Source: a virus (taxonomy: Duplodnaviria > Caudoviricetes). Taken from it: DNA of 64,000 nt. Location of the stretch: the IMG/VR virus record IMGVR_UViG_3300032050_000002; one strand, written 5' to 3'. Under the pieces are notes generated by a model, which was not told the DNA's origin, did not search any database, and was given only the letters and a program-made list of their open reading frames with translations. Each line of letters opens with the position of its first letter. The stretch's first letter is position 1. Both the position numbers and the translations under genes were made by a program. This document shows positions 20,661-29,776 of this stretch, piece after piece.

Positions 20661-21527
20661 ATGTTAAAACTTTTTTTCAATGCAGAAAATAATTTCACTT
20701 TTAATTTTTTTAAAAAAAATGTTGAGCATATAGAGGTGGATATTACTAAATGTGACTATATTATTAATGGAGTTATTCCTACAGGGATGATAGATATTGA
20801 TAGGATAAATAATTTATTAGGATTAAATAATATTGATAATAAAAAATACGTTACATTTTTAATATCGGATTGTGAATCTGAATTAAAACTAAAAAAAAAC
20901 ACGATATTGTTCAGAACATCAACAAATAAAAAAAATAAAAAAAATAATGAATTTGTATTACCTCATATAATTGAAGAAGATTTAAAGTTTAAATTTGAAC
21001 CCCTTTTAAAAGAAAAAAAACCAAATATTGGATTTTGTGGTTATTTTTGCGGTGATTTCACTAAAAGAAAAATTACATGCGAAGAATTTAAAAACTCAGA
21101 TTCAATAAATACTAATTTTATTATTAGAGATAAATTTTGGGGAGGTAAACCCGGTGATAAAACTTTGATTGATGAATTTAAAAAAAATATAAACGATTCT
21201 CATTTTACGATTTGTAATCGAGGGGTTGGAAATTTCTCAATGAGATTTTATGAGGTTTTGTCAATGGGTAGAATTCCGATTTTAATTAACGATAATACGT
21301 GTTTGCCTTTTGAAGACGAAATAAATTGGAATGAATATATTTTTATTGAGGATAATCCAAAAAAATTATTAGATTCGGTTTTAAATTTTTGGGAAAATTC
21401 TTCTCAGGAAGATGTGATTAAACGACAAAAAAAATGCTATGATTTATATTTAAATTATTTTTCATCAAATTCTTACGGAAAAAAAATTAATGAAATTTTA
21501 ATTACTCAAAAAAATTTGGCAGATTAA
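20661..21527 (+). CDS. Exostosin-like (GT47) glycosyltransferase
   Basis: IGFCG, FIIRDKFWG, FTICNRGVGNFSMRFYEVLSMGRIPIL, LPFEDEINW. Confidence 0.8.
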   Translation: MLKLFFNAENNFTFNFFKKNVEHIEVDITKCDYIINGVIPTGMIDIDRINNLLGLNNIDNKKYVTFLISDCESELKLKKNTILFRTSTNKKNKKNNEFVLPHIIEEDLKFKFEPLLKEKKPNIGFCGYFCGDFTKRKITCEEFKNSDSINTNFIIRDKFWGGKPGDKTLIDEFKKNINDSHFTICNRGVGNFSMRFYEVLSMGRIPILINDNTCLPFEDEINWNEYIFIEDNPKKLLDSVLNFWENSSQEDVIKRQKKCYDLYLNYFSSNSYGKKINEILITQKNLAD

Positions 21528-21550
21528 AAAACATTTTGTATCTTTGTATT

Positions 21551-21874
21551 ATGAAAAAAACAACAACAACCAAAAATTCACCTGTTAAGGTGTTACACGA
21601 AACTAAATTAGTAGATAAAGATAGAGCAAGACACACAAGAATATTTGAATTTAATGAAAAGAAATTCAAGTTAATTTATGACCTTAGAAATGGTTTAAGT
21701 GATGTAAGTGTATATGTTATGGATTCAAATGGAGAGTTTAAGTTCGCATTAAACAAGTATGACCTTGGATTTGAATTTGGTTTAAGTTATGTTAGTTACC
21801 CTGCGGATAAAGAAAAGGACATTCTAAAGGCAGTTAAATTAGTTGATGAAGTTGTAATTAAAATTTATAGTTAA
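21551..21874 (+). CDS. Hypothetical early protein
   Basis: Start reassigned to the ATG after the -7 element. Confidence 0.6.
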   Translation: MKKTTTTKNSPVKVLHETKLVDKDRARHTRIFEFNEKKFKLIYDLRNGLSDVSVYVMDSNGEFKFALNKYDLGFEFGLSYVSYPADKEKDILKAVKLVDEVVIKIYS

Positions 21875-21875
21875 A

Positions 21876-22400
21876 ATGAGAAAAGAGTTTAATCAATTGG
21901 TGGAAAAAATGAACCGTTACGACTTATATCAAAAATGTGATGAAGTTGGTATGGCTTTAACAGAATTAGAACAAAAGATTGCAGAAGTTGAAAAGCGTTT
22001 AAAGATTGTTGATAAAACGGCAAGGGAAATTGAGCTTGCAATTAGCAAATATACTGAAAGTGTTGATGGTAACGAGGCATTTAAAATGAGTGTTGATAAC
22101 CACGATGTTATTTTAAGGGGTAGTCACGATATAATGATAGCGACCGATTTGGGAGATGATGAACCAATAAAGAATGATTGGTATGGTATGTTTAATAAAG
22201 AAAAAAAAGAAAAAAGTGATGAAAATTTTATTCCTTTAAAGGATGAGATTGATAGGTATAAGGTGGTTGAAGAAATAATATCTAAACTAAAAATGATTGA
22301 TGTTGATGGTGAAACAATGGAATACATTTTAAATAAGGTGGGGATGAGCGAGCAAATGCACTCCCAATTATCAAAAAAATTCACTTTATATGATATATAA
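21876..22400 (+). CDS. Hypothetical protein
   Basis: ORF track. Confidence 0.6.
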   Translation: MRKEFNQLVEKMNRYDLYQKCDEVGMALTELEQKIAEVEKRLKIVDKTAREIELAISKYTESVDGNEAFKMSVDNHDVILRGSHDIMIATDLGDDEPIKNDWYGMFNKEKKEKSDENFIPLKDEIDRYKVVEEIISKLKMIDVDGETMEYILNKVGMSEQMHSQLSKKFTLYDI

Positions 22401-22439
22401 AAATGTTTGACTAAGTGGTAATTAAAATTTATAATTAAA

Positions 22440-22961
22440 ATGAAAAAAATATTATTAACATTAACGATTATAGGAGCATCAATAGTATTTTTGGTTTATC
22501 CATCAAAAAAATTAAATAAAAAAGAGATGGTCGAACAAATGGATAGTTCAGAAGTAGTAAAATCAAGTGCCGAAATTCAAATGTACTATTTCATTAAAAA
22601 ATATTCAAAAGAATATAATATACCTGAAGAATACGCATTTTCATTAGCTTACCAAGAAACAAGATATAACGGAATTGATGATACCTTATATAGACCAAAT
22701 AGAGTTTCAAGTGCGGGTGCTTTAGGTCCCATGCAAATAATGCCGGCAACTGCAAAATATATTTACGGTAAAAAAATACCTAAAAACGAATTAAAAAATA
22801 ATATCGGTTTAAATGTAGAGATTTCAATGAAATTATTAAGACATTTACATGAAAAATATAACGATTGGGGTTTAGTCTTTGGAGCGTATAATACTGGAAA
22901 ACCTTGTGTTAATAGATACGCTAAAGCAATATTAAAATCTAAAGAAAATAAAGATTGTTGA
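22440..22961 (+). CDS. Lytic transglycosylase (SLT domain) with N-terminal TM/signal anchor
   Basis: LAYQETRY catalytic Glu, SSAGALGPMQIMPATA, AYNTG. Confidence 0.9.
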   Translation: MKKILLTLTIIGASIVFLVYPSKKLNKKEMVEQMDSSEVVKSSAEIQMYYFIKKYSKEYNIPEEYAFSLAYQETRYNGIDDTLYRPNRVSSAGALGPMQIMPATAKYIYGKKIPKNELKNNIGLNVEISMKLLRHLHEKYNDWGLVFGAYNTGKPCVNRYAKAILKSKENKDC

Positions 22962-22966
22962 ATAAC

Positions 22967-23038
22967 GCTCCCATAGTCTATCGGTTAGGACACATCCCTT
23001 TCACGGATGAGAGACGAGTTCGATTCCTAGTGGGACTA
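22967..23038 (+). tRNA. tRNA-Glu (TTC), mispaired acceptor and T stems (chimeric or pseudo-tRNA)
   Basis: CATCC-CTTTCAC-GGATG anticodon arm is perfect; acceptor GCTCCCA/TGGGACT has a C:C mismatch; T stem ACGAG/CCTAG has three non-canonical positions. Confidence 0.7.
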
Positions 23039-23055
23039 CAAAAAAAATATTAAAA

Positions 23056-23190
23056 ATGGAAAACGGAGAATGGAATTCAGATGAATATCAAGGTAGAAGA
23101 AAAGACCAGGTTGAGTATGCAAATAAAATTGGTACAATCTGTGTATTATTATCATTATTAATTATATTATTAATCTTTATATTAAACTAA
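23056..23190 (+). CDS. Small single-TM protein (below ORF-track cutoff)
   Basis: Manual translation MENGEWNSDEYQGRRKDQVEYANKIGTICVLLSLLIIILIFILN*. Confidence 0.45.
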   Translation: MENGEWNSDEYQGRRKDQVEYANKIGTICVLLSLLIILLIFILN

Positions 23191-23195
23191 AAAAC

Positions 23196-23435
23196 ATGAA
23201 CACAAAAACAATTGTATTAAAAGGATTATTTTTCCTACTATCAATTATTGTATTATCCACATTAATTGGTTTATCAACTTACTTTACCGTACCCACAAAA
23301 TACGGATTTGTCGAGTATTTTAAAAACTACTACAAATTCTTTTTTGAATTTTTAGGAATGTTACTATTATTCGGAGGAGTAACATTAGTAACAATGTCAT
23401 TATTAATTAAATTATATAACAAATTATTCAAATGA
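23196..23435 (+). CDS. Small two-TM membrane protein
   Basis: Two long hydrophobic segments. Confidence 0.6.
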   Translation: MNTKTIVLKGLFFLLSIIVLSTLIGLSTYFTVPTKYGFVEYFKNYYKFFFEFLGMLLLFGGVTLVTMSLLIKLYNKLFK

Positions 23436-23839
23436 AAGAGAGAATATACCTTGACGATGTAAGAACTCCAATCGATAAAGATTGGATTATCGCAAGAAAC
23501 TATGACGAATTTGTTCGTATAGTAAAAACATATGGTTTAGAAAATATTAAAACAATTTCATTAGACCACGATTTAGGTGATACCGCAATGAAAGAATGGC
23601 ATAAGAATGTGTATCATAATTATACTTTAAATTATGACAACATTACCGAAAAAACTGGTTATGATTGTGCTAAGTGGTTAGTGGAACAATGGATGAACGG
23701 AGAACCTGTGGTTGACGTTTATACTCACTCAGCAAATGCGATTGGTGCTGCTAACATTATGGGGTACATTAATAACTACAGACATATAAATAAATTACCA
23801 CAAAATTGTGTTAGAGTGAATATTGAACATACCGTTTAA
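23432..23839 (+). CDS. Cyclic-phosphate-processing receiver (cREC)-like domain protein
   Basis: IYLDDVRTP, ISLDHDLG, TGYDCAKWL, HSANAIGA. Confidence 0.7.
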   Translation: MKERIYLDDVRTPIDKDWIIARNYDEFVRIVKTYGLENIKTISLDHDLGDTAMKEWHKNVYHNYTLNYDNITEKTGYDCAKWLVEQWMNGEPVVDVYTHSANAIGAANIMGYINNYRHINKLPQNCVRVNIEHTV

Positions 23840-24217
23840 TTAAAACGGTCTGTCTTGTAAACTATTTGAGTCAACAATTTTAAACTGATATTTATAATCT
23901 AATGTAAATAAAAGATTTATTTCATACATAACCTCAGAGAGACAAATATATTCGTGATAACCTAACATATTCTCCAAAAAATAACGACTTGTGACAACCA
24001 ATCTTTTTGGTGTGTCACAACGTCTTTTATCTCGTAATTTAGAATAATCTATTTTTATTGTTATTTCGTATTCTTCCCACTGTTCATCAGGTTTGGACAT
24101 ACTACCACTACTAGAAAATCTACTAACAGTGCCCGAATGTTCTACATCAACAACTTCTTTTATCCAATCTAATTTGGCTGGTAATAACATTTTTATTATC
24201 TTTGTGGGGTCACTCAT
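23840..24217 (-). CDS. Hypothetical protein
   Basis: ORF track. Confidence 0.5.
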   Translation of the reverse strand: MSDPTKIIKMLLPAKLDWIKEVVDVEHSGTVSRFSSSGSMSKPDEQWEEYEITIKIDYSKLRDKRRCDTPKRLVVTSRYFLENMLGYHEYICLSEVMYEINLLFTLDYKYQFKIVDSNSLQDRPF

Positions 24218-24231
24218 AAAATATAAATACT

Positions 24232-24723
24232 ATGAATATATTCTTTTTAGACATGGATGTTAAAAAATGTGCAGAGTACCATTGTGACAAACACGTTGTT
24301 AAAATGGTACTTGAGACCGCACAACTTCTTTGTTCGGCTCATCATATAACAGACCAAGTAACCGACCAAATACCATATAAGTTGGCTCATAAGAATCATC
24401 CGTGTTCTATATGGGTTAGAGAAAGTTTAACCAATTATCTATACCTTTGTGAGTTAGGTTTGGAGTTATGTAAAGAATATAGTTACAGGTATGAAAAACG
24501 ACACAAATCTCAAGAAGTAATAGAATGGTGTGTAACAAATAAGGTAAAAATTTGTGACAAAGGATTAACAGAGCCACCAAAGGCAATGCCCGATGAATAC
24601 AAAGTTAAAGACGTTGTAGAGTCCTACAGGAACTATTATATGGGGGCAAAAAAATCTTTTGCAACGTGGAAAAAAAGGGACACTCCTATTTGGTATAATT
24701 TTGAAAAAAATTTGGCAGATTAA
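24232..24723 (+). CDS. Pyrimidine-dimer DNA glycosylase family protein
   Basis: MNIFFLD...CDKHVVKMVLETAQLL, YKLAHKNHPCSIW, YRNYY. Confidence 0.8.
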   Translation: MNIFFLDMDVKKCAEYHCDKHVVKMVLETAQLLCSAHHITDQVTDQIPYKLAHKNHPCSIWVRESLTNYLYLCELGLELCKEYSYRYEKRHKSQEVIEWCVTNKVKICDKGLTEPPKAMPDEYKVKDVVESYRNYYMGAKKSFATWKKRDTPIWYNFEKNLAD

Positions 24724-24746
24724 AAAACATTTTGTATCTTTGTATT

Positions 24747-25370
24747 ATGAAAACAATAATAAAAACAATAACAATCGCATCAACTGTTTTGTTATCATCA
24801 ATCAGTTGTAGTTTTAAAACAAAACCAGAATCATTTAAAGATGGTGATATAATATTCCACACATCTAAGTCACAACAAAGTAAAATGTTAAAATCCGCTA
24901 CGGGTTCTAATTTAACTCACGTTGGTGTTATTTTTTATAAAAATGGGTTACCTTATGTAATTGAGGCGGTACAACCTGTTAAAGTTACTAGTTTAAACTC
25001 TTTCATTAACAGAGGTGAAAATGCTAAATACAAAGTAATGAGATATGAAACCGAATTAACTAATGAAGATAAAAATAAAATGATTTCTTGGGGTAAAAAA
25101 CAACTAGGTAAACCGTACGATATTAAATTCCAATGGGGAGATAATACGATGTATTGTTCAGAGTTAGTTTGGAAAATGTATAAAAATGCGGGTATTGAGT
25201 TGTGTGAAACTAAAAAATTTTCGGACTTTAATTTAACTAACGAAAAAGTAAGGCAAGCAATAAAAAGTAGATTTAAAAATAAAAATGAATTTAGTTTAAA
25301 TGAAGTAGTGGTTGCTCCTGTTGATATTTACAATAGTGATAAATTAAATTTAATCTATTCTAATTTTTAA
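24747..25370 (+). CDS. YiiX/YebB-like permuted NlpC/P60 cysteine hydrolase, lipoprotein-like
   Basis: GDIIFHTS, THVGVI, GKPYD, YCSELVWKMY; N-terminal signal with SC. Confidence 0.85.
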   Translation: MKTIIKTITIASTVLLSSISCSFKTKPESFKDGDIIFHTSKSQQSKMLKSATGSNLTHVGVIFYKNGLPYVIEAVQPVKVTSLNSFINRGENAKYKVMRYETELTNEDKNKMISWGKKQLGKPYDIKFQWGDNTMYCSELVWKMYKNAGIELCETKKFSDFNLTNEKVRQAIKSRFKNKNEFSLNEVVVAPVDIYNSDKLNLIYSNF

Positions 25371-26461
25371 ACTGAGCCAGAATCAATACCAAATAACTTC
25401 ATTTCCCTTGTCATCATATTAGGAGTTGGGAAACATTTATCGGGTATATTGACTCCTGAAGCCTTAACAACCTCTAAAGCATATGTGCCGCAATTAGCGG
25501 CATCATTGCTAATACTAAAATCAAGAGCACTATAGTCTTTTTCTTTTACACTTTTCGCGTAACTAATACCTTGTGATATATTAGGAGCAACTGTTAACAC
25601 CCAATCCATAGGTAATCTAGGTCCTTCCCCTTCAGTTCTTGATTTAATAATTTTAACAACGTCCTCAATATTTAAAATATTTTCACCATCTATTTTTGCA
25701 ATTTTACCTAAATTTTTACTGACAACAGTACCAAATCCTTTAGTTTTTACACCAGCGTATCTACCAAATTCAAATATCTCAACATTACCATTTGAATTTA
25801 CCGTGGCAACTCCACCGTGACCTAATTTACCATATGTTTTATCATTTCTAAAAGGATTTTCACCTTTAAATAAATCGGTTACAACATCTTTACCCGAAAG
25901 AGATAAGATTTTAATTGCATATGCGGACATTATATCAAATTTTGAATTACCATCCACTTTTGGTTTATACGTTGGAAATGAAAATGTTATGACAAATCCT
26001 TTATCTGTTTTTATTGTTGGTCTTTCTAAAGTACCTTTGTTTTTAGATTTTAATAAACTATCATCTTTATTAACAACTCCAGAACTTTTTGTAGAACAAC
26101 TTCCTTCTTTTTGATATCTTAATAATGCTTTATTTGTGATATTACCAAATCTACCGTCATCACTACCTTTAGGTAAACAACCTAGTTGTATTAATTTACC
26201 TTGTAATATTTTAACATCATCTCTTGTTGATGGTTTTTTGTTTGTCCCATCCCCAAGTTTTAAATTTTTAGGATTAATATCCTCAATAGGTTTACTAACG
26301 TTAGTATCAACAGGTTTAGTTATTTTATTATCAACGCTTTTAGTGCTTGTTGATGGAAAATAAGGTAATTCCTCATTTAATAAATGTTTACTTATAGCGT
26401 TTTTGTGCATTTCAAGAATCCTACTTTTTTCAGATTCATCAATAAATAATTTGTTTTTCAT
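25367..26461 (-). CDS. Leader + peptidoglycan-binding domain + putative His/Cys (permuted papain-like) hydrolase
   Basis: DVKILQGKLIQLG...DGRFGNITNKALLRYQ (PG_binding_1-like); GHGGVA and NCGTYA. Confidence 0.6.
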   Translation of the reverse strand: MKNKLFIDESEKSRILEMHKNAISKHLLNEELPYFPSTSTKSVDNKITKPVDTNVSKPIEDINPKNLKLGDGTNKKPSTRDDVKILQGKLIQLGCLPKGSDDGRFGNITNKALLRYQKEGSCSTKSSGVVNKDDSLLKSKNKGTLERPTIKTDKGFVITFSFPTYKPKVDGNSKFDIMSAYAIKILSLSGKDVVTDLFKGENPFRNDKTYGKLGHGGVATVNSNGNVEIFEFGRYAGVKTKGFGTVVSKNLGKIAKIDGENILNIEDVVKIIKSRTEGEGPRLPMDWVLTVAPNISQGISYAKSVKEKDYSALDFSISNDAANCGTYALEVVKASGVNIPDKCFPTPNMMTREMKLFGIDSGSV

Positions 26462-27831
26462 ACTAAATAAATATTTGGTAATTTGAGAATATTTTCATAA
26501 ATTTGTATTATGAAAACAATAATAATCATAACATCAATTTTGACTATATACATAATCTCTAATTTTTTTTCATATGAAGAAATTTTTGTGGTTAATAGTA
26601 TTCCTCAAAACAATTTTAAAAATTTTAATTACAAGTCTCAAAATATTGACGAGTTAATTAATGAGTCTTTAGATATTACATTAAATGAGTTGTCTTTTGA
26701 CTTAAAAAGTCAATATAATTCTGATGTTAATAAATTAAACGAAACACATGTCGCCCATTGTATTGGGTATTCTAATTATTTTAATTCTGTTTTACATAAA
26801 TTAGTAGTTAATAATAATTTAAAAAATATTAAAATAACTCACGTTAGGGCTAAAGTTAAATTTTTAGGTGCGAATCTTCATGTTATAAACATGAAAGAAT
26901 TTAAAGACCATGATATTTGTGTAGTATACGACAACAATACGAATAAAAAATATATTATTGACCCAAGTCTTTCTGAAGTTTTTGGTAAAATAATTATTAA
27001 ACAGTAATATTAACCGGAAATCCTTTATATTCACCAGTCTCTCTAAAAGCCACTGTATTTCTAATAACACTATAAAGTGTAGATTTGCCATTCCACCAAC
27101 TACCAACTTGGTCAACAAAACTCTTCATAAGGTCTTCTTTAGTTTTGCCTTCAGTATTAAAATCATATGTATCTAAAACAGTAACTTTTGATTTGTCGGG
27201 AGATACTCTGATATTCGGAGGGTCTATTCGTCCAAGAGTATACATAAATTGACCTGCTAATTCAGGTTTAAGTAAACTTCCTTGACCTCCTTTATCTAAA
27301 AGTTTTTTGTTTTCTTTTTCAGACCCGGCTACAGTCATTGATGTTGGTAAATTACCAGCACCAATCTCTTTCCATAAAGGATAGTTTAATCCTCTTTTGG
27401 CGTTTGCGATTGCAACCTTTTTTAGAAATATTTGTTCATCAGCGGTTAAATCTTTAGCGGTAAATGGCTCCGTTCTTCCGACCAAATAATCCATTAAAGC
27501 TCTTATGTGTAAAGGTAATGAAGATTTTTTTGATTGGGGTATGTTATTAATAAATGTTTTCATTTCTAGATATTTATCAATATTTCCACCATATAAATTT
27601 CTTTCAAATTCACCCCCTCTACCTAAATAATCACTGGATAATGGTTTATTAGTGTAATGTAAATCATTAGTTGTATTATCATTTTGAGTTTTAATTCCTA
27701 CCGATTTACAACTTCCTTCTTTTTGATATCTTAATAATGCTTTATTTGTGATATTACCAAATCTACCGTCATCACTACCTTTAGGTAAACAACCTAGTTG
27801 TATTAATTTACCTTGTAATATTTTAACATCA
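26096..27831. repeat. 124-bp identical repeat (26096-26219 and 27708-27831) encoding the shared PG-binding domain
   Basis: Direct comparison of both copies. Confidence 0.9.
26510..27007 (+). CDS. Hypothetical protein with N-terminal TM and possible transglutaminase-like Cys-His-Asp triad
   Basis: HCIGYS, DHDICV, IIDPS. Confidence 0.45.
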   Translation: MKTIIIITSILTIYIISNFFSYEEIFVVNSIPQNNFKNFNYKSQNIDELINESLDITLNELSFDLKSQYNSDVNKLNETHVAHCIGYSNYFNSVLHKLVVNNNLKNIKITHVRAKVKFLGANLHVINMKEFKDHDICVVYDNNTNKKYIIDPSLSEVFGKIIIKQ

Positions 27832-28016
27832 GCGTTTAATGATGGATTTTTTGAGGTTCCGTCGCCAAGTTTTAATTTTTTGGGGTTTATATTTATATTC
27901 TTGTTATTTGGAACATAAAGTGATTCCTCATTTAATAAATGTTTACTTATAGCGTTTTTGTGCATTTCAAGAATCCTACTTTTTTCAGATTCATCAATAA
28001 ATAATTTGTTTTTCAT
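26997..28016 (-). CDS. Leader + peptidoglycan-binding domain + unrelated C-terminal domain (TLG...DTYDFN)
   Basis: Identical N-terminal 31 aa and PG-binding segment to 25367-26461; different C-terminus. Confidence 0.65.
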   Translation of the reverse strand: MKNKLFIDESEKSRILEMHKNAISKHLLNEESLYVPNNKNININPKKLKLGDGTSKNPSLNADVKILQGKLIQLGCLPKGSDDGRFGNITNKALLRYQKEGSCKSVGIKTQNDNTTNDLHYTNKPLSSDYLGRGGEFERNLYGGNIDKYLEMKTFINNIPQSKKSSLPLHIRALMDYLVGRTEPFTAKDLTADEQIFLKKVAIANAKRGLNYPLWKEIGAGNLPTSMTVAGSEKENKKLLDKGGQGSLLKPELAGQFMYTLGRIDPPNIRVSPDKSKVTVLDTYDFNTEGKTKEDLMKSFVDQVGSWWNGKSTLYSVIRNTVAFRETGEYKGFPVNITV

Positions 28017-28079
28017 ACTAAATAAATATTTGTTTTAATCATAAATATTTACTATCTTTGTAAAATAAATCTAATAAAT

Positions 28080-28418
28080 ATGGCAACAAGAGCGTCAATA
28101 GTAATGAAAGAAGAAGGTAAACCAATGTTAGCGGTTTACAAACATTGGGATGGTTATCCTTCAGGACTTGGTAAAAGTTTGGAAGAAATTGTTATGGGGG
28201 GACAGATAACCAATGGTTTGGGTATTAACTCAGAATTAGGTAAAGTGTTTAACGGAGCGGGTTGTTTATTCGCATCAATAATATCAATTTTGAAAGATAA
28301 ACCTGGTGATGTATATATCACAAGTTTAGATAGTGTAGGTAATTCAGGTGAAGAATATATTTATGAGATTGACGTGAACGGAAAAGACGTTCAATTAACT
28401 CATAAAGAAAACAGATAA
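28080..28418 (+). CDS. Conserved phage hypothetical protein (HWDGYP motif)
   Basis: MATRASI...YKHWDGYPSGLG. Confidence 0.7.
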   Translation: MATRASIVMKEEGKPMLAVYKHWDGYPSGLGKSLEEIVMGGQITNGLGINSELGKVFNGAGCLFASIISILKDKPGDVYITSLDSVGNSGEEYIYEIDVNGKDVQLTHKENR

Positions 28419-28879
28419 TGGATGTAAATAAAGAAATAGAAAGAAAATTCTTACTTAGAAGATTCCCAAAGATTGAAGGTGATTATACACGATACAAGAT
28501 TAAACAGTGGTACACTCCTGACGGATTAAGATATCGATTTCAAGTCGATACAAAAACAAATGATGTATTGATTTATAAGACAAAAAAATCCAACATATCT
28601 AAGGGGGTCTTTCAAGAAGATGAAGAACCTATTTCTTTAAAAGAGTTTTTGGAGATTGATTTATCAAAGGTGAGAATATTAGAAAAAATAAGAACGGTAG
28701 TAAAACATAAAGGGTTTGATTTTGAAATAGACGAATTTAAAGATTATGATTTAATAACATTAGAGGTTGAACTTGATGATATTAATGAGAAAATACCGTT
28801 CCCTGAAAATATTAAAAAAGAAATTGTAAAAGAATTGACCGGATTAAAAGAATTTAGTAATTTTGCATTATCAAAATGA
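28418..28879 (+). CDS. CYTH (triphosphate tunnel metalloenzyme) domain protein
   Basis: EIERKFLL, KIRTVV, FEIDEF, TLEVEL. Confidence 0.85.
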   Translation: MDVNKEIERKFLLRRFPKIEGDYTRYKIKQWYTPDGLRYRFQVDTKTNDVLIYKTKKSNISKGVFQEDEEPISLKEFLEIDLSKVRILEKIRTVVKHKGFDFEIDEFKDYDLITLEVELDDINEKIPFPENIKKEIVKELTGLKEFSNFALSK

Positions 28880-29547
28880 TACGAATAGAGCCAGATAGAA
28901 AAGGTAGATTTCCTGATGTGTGGGTAACATCTGATACTCATTATCATCATAGAAATATCTGTAGGGGAGTTACAGGATGGAGACTACCTGACGGCTCAAT
29001 TCCTATCGACCAAACAAGAGACTTTCCAACTATTGAAAAAATGAATTCTATAATTGTTGACAATATCAATAGTGTTGTAAAACAACAAGATATTCTAATA
29101 CATTTGGGGGATTGGTCTTTTGGAGGTTTTGATAAAGTAAGAGAATTTTATGATAGACTTGTTTGTAAAAACATACATTTGGTTTTAGGAAACCACGATG
29201 AACATATTGAGAATAATAAAGATAGTATTCAGGAGTTATTTCTGACGGTGTCAACTTATCAAACCCTTGTTATCGGAAGCAAGAAGTTTGTTCTAATGCA
29301 CTATCCGATAAGCTCTTGGAACGGGTTGAATAAAGGGGTGATGCACCTTCACGGTCATACTCACTTACCTACCGAAATCCGATTCGGGAAAGGAAGGAGA
29401 ATTGATGTCGGCATTGATGGTCATCCCTCGTTCAGACCTTATCACATCTTAAAAGAAATATTCCCTATGTTAGATAGGAGAGAAATTATGTCAGATATGT
29501 TAAACGACCATCATACAGATGATATTGTAAATAAAGACAATGGATGA
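28876..29547 (+). CDS. Calcineurin-like metallophosphoesterase
   Basis: TSDTHYHH, HLGDW, LGNHD, HLHGHTH, IDVGID. Confidence 0.9.
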   Translation: MIRIEPDRKGRFPDVWVTSDTHYHHRNICRGVTGWRLPDGSIPIDQTRDFPTIEKMNSIIVDNINSVVKQQDILIHLGDWSFGGFDKVREFYDRLVCKNIHLVLGNHDEHIENNKDSIQELFLTVSTYQTLVIGSKKFVLMHYPISSWNGLNKGVMHLHGHTHLPTEIRFGKGRRIDVGIDGHPSFRPYHILKEIFPMLDRREIMSDMLNDHHTDDIVNKDNG

Positions 29548-29776
29548 GATTAGTTTAGAGGTTTATCCTGAGATATGTTGTGATTTGTGTAACGATGTTA
29601 TTCACAACCATATTGATTGTCCGGTATGTAATCAAAAATACGCTCCAACCGAAAGTTATTTTGACTTAACTTATGATGACGAATTAACATGCTCAAATTG
29701 TAAAACAGTTTTTGAGAGAGTATCTGAGAATTGGTATTATGATTGTAAGGTAAAAATAAAATTAACAATTCCTTAA
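29540..29776 (+). CDS. Small Cys-rich Zn-ribbon protein
   Basis: CCDLC, CPVC, CSNC. Confidence 0.65.
   Translation: MDEISLEVYPEICCDLCNDVIHNHIDCPVCNQKYAPTESYFDLTYDDELTCSNCKTVFERVSENWYYDCKVKIKLTIP

Larger units (their letters stand above)
21508..24753 (+). repeat. 50-bp identical direct repeat (21508-21557 and 24704-24753; 36-bp partial copy at 19099-19134) spanning promoter and ATG
   Basis: AAAAAAATTTGGCAGATTAAAAAACATTTTGTATCTTTGTATTATGAAAA; both upstream ORFs consequently end KNLAD*. Confidence 0.9.
26368..28032. repeat. 110-bp identical repeat (26368-26477 and 27923-28032) encoding the shared 31-aa leader and upstream promoter motifs
   Basis: Direct comparison of both copies. Confidence 0.9.
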
